DNA from: Bacteroidaceae bacterium
GTDB lineage: Bacteria > Bacteroidota > Bacteroidia > Bacteroidales > Bacteroidaceae
Reading direction: 5' to 3'
Assembly: GCA_017420875.1 (NCBI GenBank)
Contig: JAFQNW010000045.1
Location: forward strand, 1-40,200
DNA length: 40,200 bases
Shown here: piece after piece, positions 36,968-40,200 of the stretch
How positions within the stretch are numbered: position 1 is the stretch's first letter
Layout of the letters: the number at the start of each line of letters is the position of its first letter
Translations under genes and position numbers: made by a program
The notes under the pieces: model-generated
Databases searched by the model: none
What the model saw: the letters and a program-made list of their open reading frames with translations, nothing else
Told to the model about the DNA's origin: nothing

Positions 36968-36971
36968 GATT

Positions 36972-38774
36972 TTATCGTTTTAATGGAGTTGTTGCTTCTT
37001 TTAACCAATTCTGTTCGTCTTTGTCCAAAAGCGGGCAGAGAGAATCGTATACCATTTGGTGGTAGTTGTTGAGCCATGCAAGTTCTTCGTCGGTCAGCAT
37101 GGATACGACGATAGCCTCTTTGTCGATAGGACAGAGGGTTAGTGGCTCGAATTTGTAGAATTTACCGAATTCGGTTTCTTGTGCCGGGACGATGAGCAAG
37201 GTATTTTCGATGCGGATGCCATGACGGCCGGCTTTGTAGATACCTGGTTCGTCGGTTAGAATCATGCCTGGTTCTAAAAGGGTGGGCATGTGGTTCATGC
37301 GAACCTGGTGAGGCCCTTCGTGAACACAAAGGAAGTGTCCGATGCCATGTCCGGTGCCATGTAGATAATTGATTCCGGCTTTCCACATAGCATGACGGGC
37401 CAGTATGTCGAGCTGAGTGCCGCAAGTGCCAGCCGGGAAGTGGGCGTTTTGCAATTGCAGATGTCCTTTCAAGACAAGTGTATAGTCGGTTTTTTCTTCC
37501 TCTGTCAACGGGCCGAGAACGATGGTGCGAGTAATGTCGGTTGTGCCATCCAGATATTGGGCTCCGCTATCCAAAAGCAACATGCCTTCTGCTTTGAGAG
37601 GGATGTCCGTCTCGGGAGTTGCTTCGTAATGAACGATGGCTGCATGTTCCTTATATCCGGCAATGGTGTCGAAACTAATACCCTTGAAGTCTGCTTGCTC
37701 AGCACGAAAGGCATAAAGTTTTTGGTCGACACTGATTTCGGTTTCCCCTCCGGCAGGGACGGCTTTTTCCAACCATCGGAGGAACTTTACCATGGCTACG
37801 CCGTCACGTTTCATGGCCTTTCGGAATCCTTCTTGCTCGGTTTCGTTCTTCACGGCTTTCATCAATGCTACGGGCGATGGAGCAAAGATGGTGTCGGCAT
37901 GTTGGGAAGAGAGGTTTGCCAAAGCTTCGTTTGCGAGAAGGGAAATTTGTAAAATGCCTTCATGTCTTTCCTTAAACATGCGTAGGTCTTCGGCCAAAGT
38001 TCCGTAGGATTGGACGTGTATATGGTTTGCTTTTAGGTAAGCATGAACCTCATCATTGATTTTTTCTTCTAATATATATAAGGTGCAATCTTCTTTTGAG
38101 ATTAACAGGTAGCTGATGAAAACAGGATTACAATGAACGTCATCGCCACGCAGGTTAAGCGTCCAGGCCACTTCGTCAAGAGCCGAGAGGATGATGGCTG
38201 AGGCCCCGTTTTTGGCGATAGCTTCTTGGATGCGGGCGATTTTTTCGGTGCAAGAAGCCCCTGTGCGTTTTTCGTCAAGGATGAAAATAGGACTCTGCGG
38301 TAGGCTTGGGCGATTTGACCAGATGGTGTCGAAAGGGTCTTCGGTTATTGTAACGAGTGATAATCCGCTTGATTTCAATTCATTGCGAAGCGTTTCTGCC
38401 TCCAGATGAGAGTTGACCCATCCGTCGATGCCTACTTGATTGCCTTTTTCAAGAACACTTCCTAACCATTGAGGAATGGAGGGAGTTTCTGGCAGGCGGT
38501 CTTTGAATAAACGGATGCCTGTTCCTTCCAATTGTTCTTCGGCTTGAATGAAGTAGCGTGAATCTGTCCACAAACCGGCATCGTTCAGAGTGATAACAAC
38601 GGTCCCTGCCGATCCGGTAAATCCGCTAATCCACTTTCGGCTTTCCCAATGTTCGGGTACATATTCGCCCGAATGTGGGTCGGTACTAGGTATGATGAAT
38701 GCATGTAGCCCGTAGGCTTCCATTAGTCTGCGTAATGCCGAGATTCGCTCCTTTATATCTGCTCTTGTTTTCAT
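36972..38774 (-). CDS. Aminopeptidase P family (Xaa-Pro aminopeptidase, M24)
   Basis: DPHSGEY, SGFTGSAG, LWTDSRY, DSGAQYLDGTTDITRT, HGTGHG, VHEGP, EPGIY and GIRIEN; ATG at 38774, downstream of a -7 element at 38797-38804. Confidence 0.93.
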   Translation of the reverse strand: MKTRADIKERISALRRLMEAYGLHAFIIPSTDPHSGEYVPEHWESRKWISGFTGSAGTVVITLNDAGLWTDSRYFIQAEEQLEGTGIRLFKDRLPETPSIPQWLGSVLEKGNQVGIDGWVNSHLEAETLRNELKSSGLSLVTITEDPFDTIWSNRPSLPQSPIFILDEKRTGASCTEKIARIQEAIAKNGASAIILSALDEVAWTLNLRGDDVHCNPVFISYLLISKEDCTLYILEEKINDEVHAYLKANHIHVQSYGTLAEDLRMFKERHEGILQISLLANEALANLSSQHADTIFAPSPVALMKAVKNETEQEGFRKAMKRDGVAMVKFLRWLEKAVPAGGETEISVDQKLYAFRAEQADFKGISFDTIAGYKEHAAIVHYEATPETDIPLKAEGMLLLDSGAQYLDGTTDITRTIVLGPLTEEEKTDYTLVLKGHLQLQNAHFPAGTCGTQLDILARHAMWKAGINYLHGTGHGIGHFLCVHEGPHQVRMNHMPTLLEPGMILTDEPGIYKAGRHGIRIENTLLIVPAQETEFGKFYKFEPLTLCPIDKEAIVVSMLTDEELAWLNNYHQMVYDSLCPLLDKDEQNWLKEATTPLKR

Positions 38775-38843
38775 AATCAAAGGGTTAAGTGAAACACAAA
38801 GATACAATTTCTGTTTCATTTTCAATAAAAATAAGTGGAAAGT

Positions 38844-38874
38844 TTTGTAGATAAAGAAAGTATGTGTAATTTTG
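38844..38874 (+). promoter_or_regulatory. rpsU promoter (-33 TTTG, -7 TAATTTTG)
   Basis: TTTG at 38844-38847, a 19-nt spacer, then TAATTTTG at 38867-38874. Confidence 0.7.
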
Positions 38875-38926
38875 TGCCCGATTTCACTCGAAAAATTTAA
38901 TAACAACATAATTAATTGATAAAAAA

Positions 38927-39118
38927 ATGATTGTAGTACCAGTAAAAGAAGGCGAAAACATTGAAAAAGCGCTGAAGAAGTTTAAAAGAAAATTCGAAAA
39001 GACAGGTGTTGTAAAGGAATTGAGAGCTAGACAACAGTTCGACAAGCCATCTGTAATCAACCGTTTTAAGAAAGAACGTGCGATTTACGTACAAAAACTT
39101 CAGCAAGTAGAAGAATAA
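38927..39118 (+). CDS. rpsU: 30S ribosomal protein S21
   Basis: VKEGENIEKALKKFKRKFEKTGVVKELRARQQFDKPS. Confidence 0.96.
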   Translation: MIVVPVKEGENIEKALKKFKRKFEKTGVVKELRARQQFDKPSVINRFKKERAIYVQKLQQVEE

Positions 39119-39191
39119 TTACGCAAAACTTCTTTGAATTTTTGAATTCTTTTTCTATATTCGTTGCATAATTTATGGTGTAACGTTTCTT

Positions 39192-40073
39192 ATGTTGATA
39201 GATTCTTTCTTGAAGTATCTCCGCTTTGAACGGAACTATTCGGAGAAAACGATTATTTCTTACGGAATAGATTTGAGGGAGTTTGAGAGATATCTTAAAG
39301 AGGTTGATGCAGAATTGGACTTTACGAAGGTTCACGCAGACAATGTCCGGAACTGGATAGTTCATTTGATGGATAATGGATGTGTGGCTGCTTCGGTAAA
39401 CCGGAAATTAAGTTCGTTACGGTCGTTCTACCGTTTCTTGCTGAGAAAAAAGGTGATTTCAGTTAACCCTCTATTGAAAATATCGGGGTTGAAAAAGAAA
39501 AAGACATTGCCTTCTTTCTTGAAAATGGAAGAAATGGATCGAATACTCGATGAAACTTCGTTCGGCGAAGGATTTGAAGGGTGTAGAGATCGGATGATTC
39601 TGGAAATGTTTTATGCTACCGGCATGAGACTTTCGGAATTGATAGGGTTAGACGATGCGGATGTGGATTTCTCTGCAAGGCTGATTAAAGTAACAGGAAA
39701 GAGGAACAAGCAAAGACTGATACCATTTGGAGATGAGTTGTCGGACGATTTGCTTAAATATATTAAGGTAAGGGACGAAGCATTGCCGGAACGGGAAAAA
39801 GCCTTGTTTGTTTTAAGTAATGGCAATCGGATGTATCCCGTGGCGGTTTATAAATTGGTGAGACGAAACCTCTCCAAGGTTGTAACGCTAAAGAAAAAAA
39901 GTCCACATGTGTTGAGGCATACATTTGCAACAGCTATGCTGAATGATAATGCAGAACTGCGGGCCGTCAAGGAACTGTTGGGGCATGAAAGTTTGGCAAC
40001 GACTGAAATCTATACGCATACAACCTTTGAGGAACTTAAAAAAGTTTATAAACAAGCTCATCCAAGAGCGTAA
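39192..40073 (+). CDS. xerC: Tyrosine recombinase XerC
   Basis: Catalytic residues in TGMRLSE, GKRNKQR, HVLRHTFAT and LLGHESLATTEIY; sits in the rpsU-xerC-raiA context. Confidence 0.85.
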   Translation: MLIDSFLKYLRFERNYSEKTIISYGIDLREFERYLKEVDAELDFTKVHADNVRNWIVHLMDNGCVAASVNRKLSSLRSFYRFLLRKKVISVNPLLKISGLKKKKTLPSFLKMEEMDRILDETSFGEGFEGCRDRMILEMFYATGMRLSELIGLDDADVDFSARLIKVTGKRNKQRLIPFGDELSDDLLKYIKVRDEALPEREKALFVLSNGNRMYPVAVYKLVRRNLSKVVTLKKKSPHVLRHTFATAMLNDNAELRAVKELLGHESLATTEIYTHTTFEELKKVYKQAHPRA

Positions 40074-40088
40074 AAAAAGGAGGTATTT

Positions 40089-40200
40089 ATGGAAGTAAGA
40101 ATTCAAGCGATTCATTTTGATGCATCTGAAAGACTTCAGGATTTTATCCAGAAGAAAGTTGCCAAATTAGAAAAGTTCTGCGACGATATAAAGAAAGTGG
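40089..40200 (+). CDS. raiA: Ribosome-associated translation inhibitor RaiA / hibernation promoting factor, 5' fragment
   Basis: Not in the ORF track. ATG at 40089 reads MEVRIQAIHFDASERLQDFIQKKVAKLEKFCDDIKKV. Confidence 0.88.
   Translation, partial: MEVRIQAIHFDASERLQDFIQKKVAKLEKFCDDIKKV

Noticed and set aside
39192-40073. Tyrosine recombinase as a mobile-element integrase acting on the repeats
   Set aside because: Its size, motifs and rpsU-xerC-raiA context fit the housekeeping chromosome-dimer resolvase.

Overview
Chromosomal segment of a Bacteroidales gut anaerobe (Bacteroides/Phocaeicola-like gene order; many TTTG-N19/20-TAnnTTTG promoters). The housekeeping backbone is pnp (5' end), a TlpA-like lipoprotein, greA, a HIT protein, mannose-1-P guanylyltransferase, tRNA-Leu(CAA), PduO-type adenosyltransferase, priA, a 7TM-HD phosphohydrolase, gltX, a gamma-CA family gene, aminopeptidase P, rpsU, xerC and raiA/hpf (5' end). 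There are three accessory blocks. (1) Next to the tRNA sits a ~5 kb module: membrane-spanning TPR/HTH regulator, small secreted DUF3244-like protein, C10 (streptopain-like) lipoprotein protease and two paralogous lipocalin-like lipoproteins. It is bracketed by a 64-bp imperfect inverted repeat. A third lipoprotein paralogue with a third, diverged copy of the repeat lies ~7 kb downstream, beyond a TolC/HlyD/MFS/AraC efflux operon and a CE1 esterase. (2) A DapA-family lyase / Na+:solute symporter / B12-radical SAM / GNAT operon. (3) An AT-rich surface-glycan block after gltX: LpxL-like acyltransferase, two Stealth proteins, GT92/GT2-like enzymes and a fucosyltransferase-like ORF. Several unannotated intergenic repeat elements and a candidate greA leader attenuator are also visible. 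No transposase, phage gene or CRISPR array was seen. Product calls come from motif recognition only; no searches were run.
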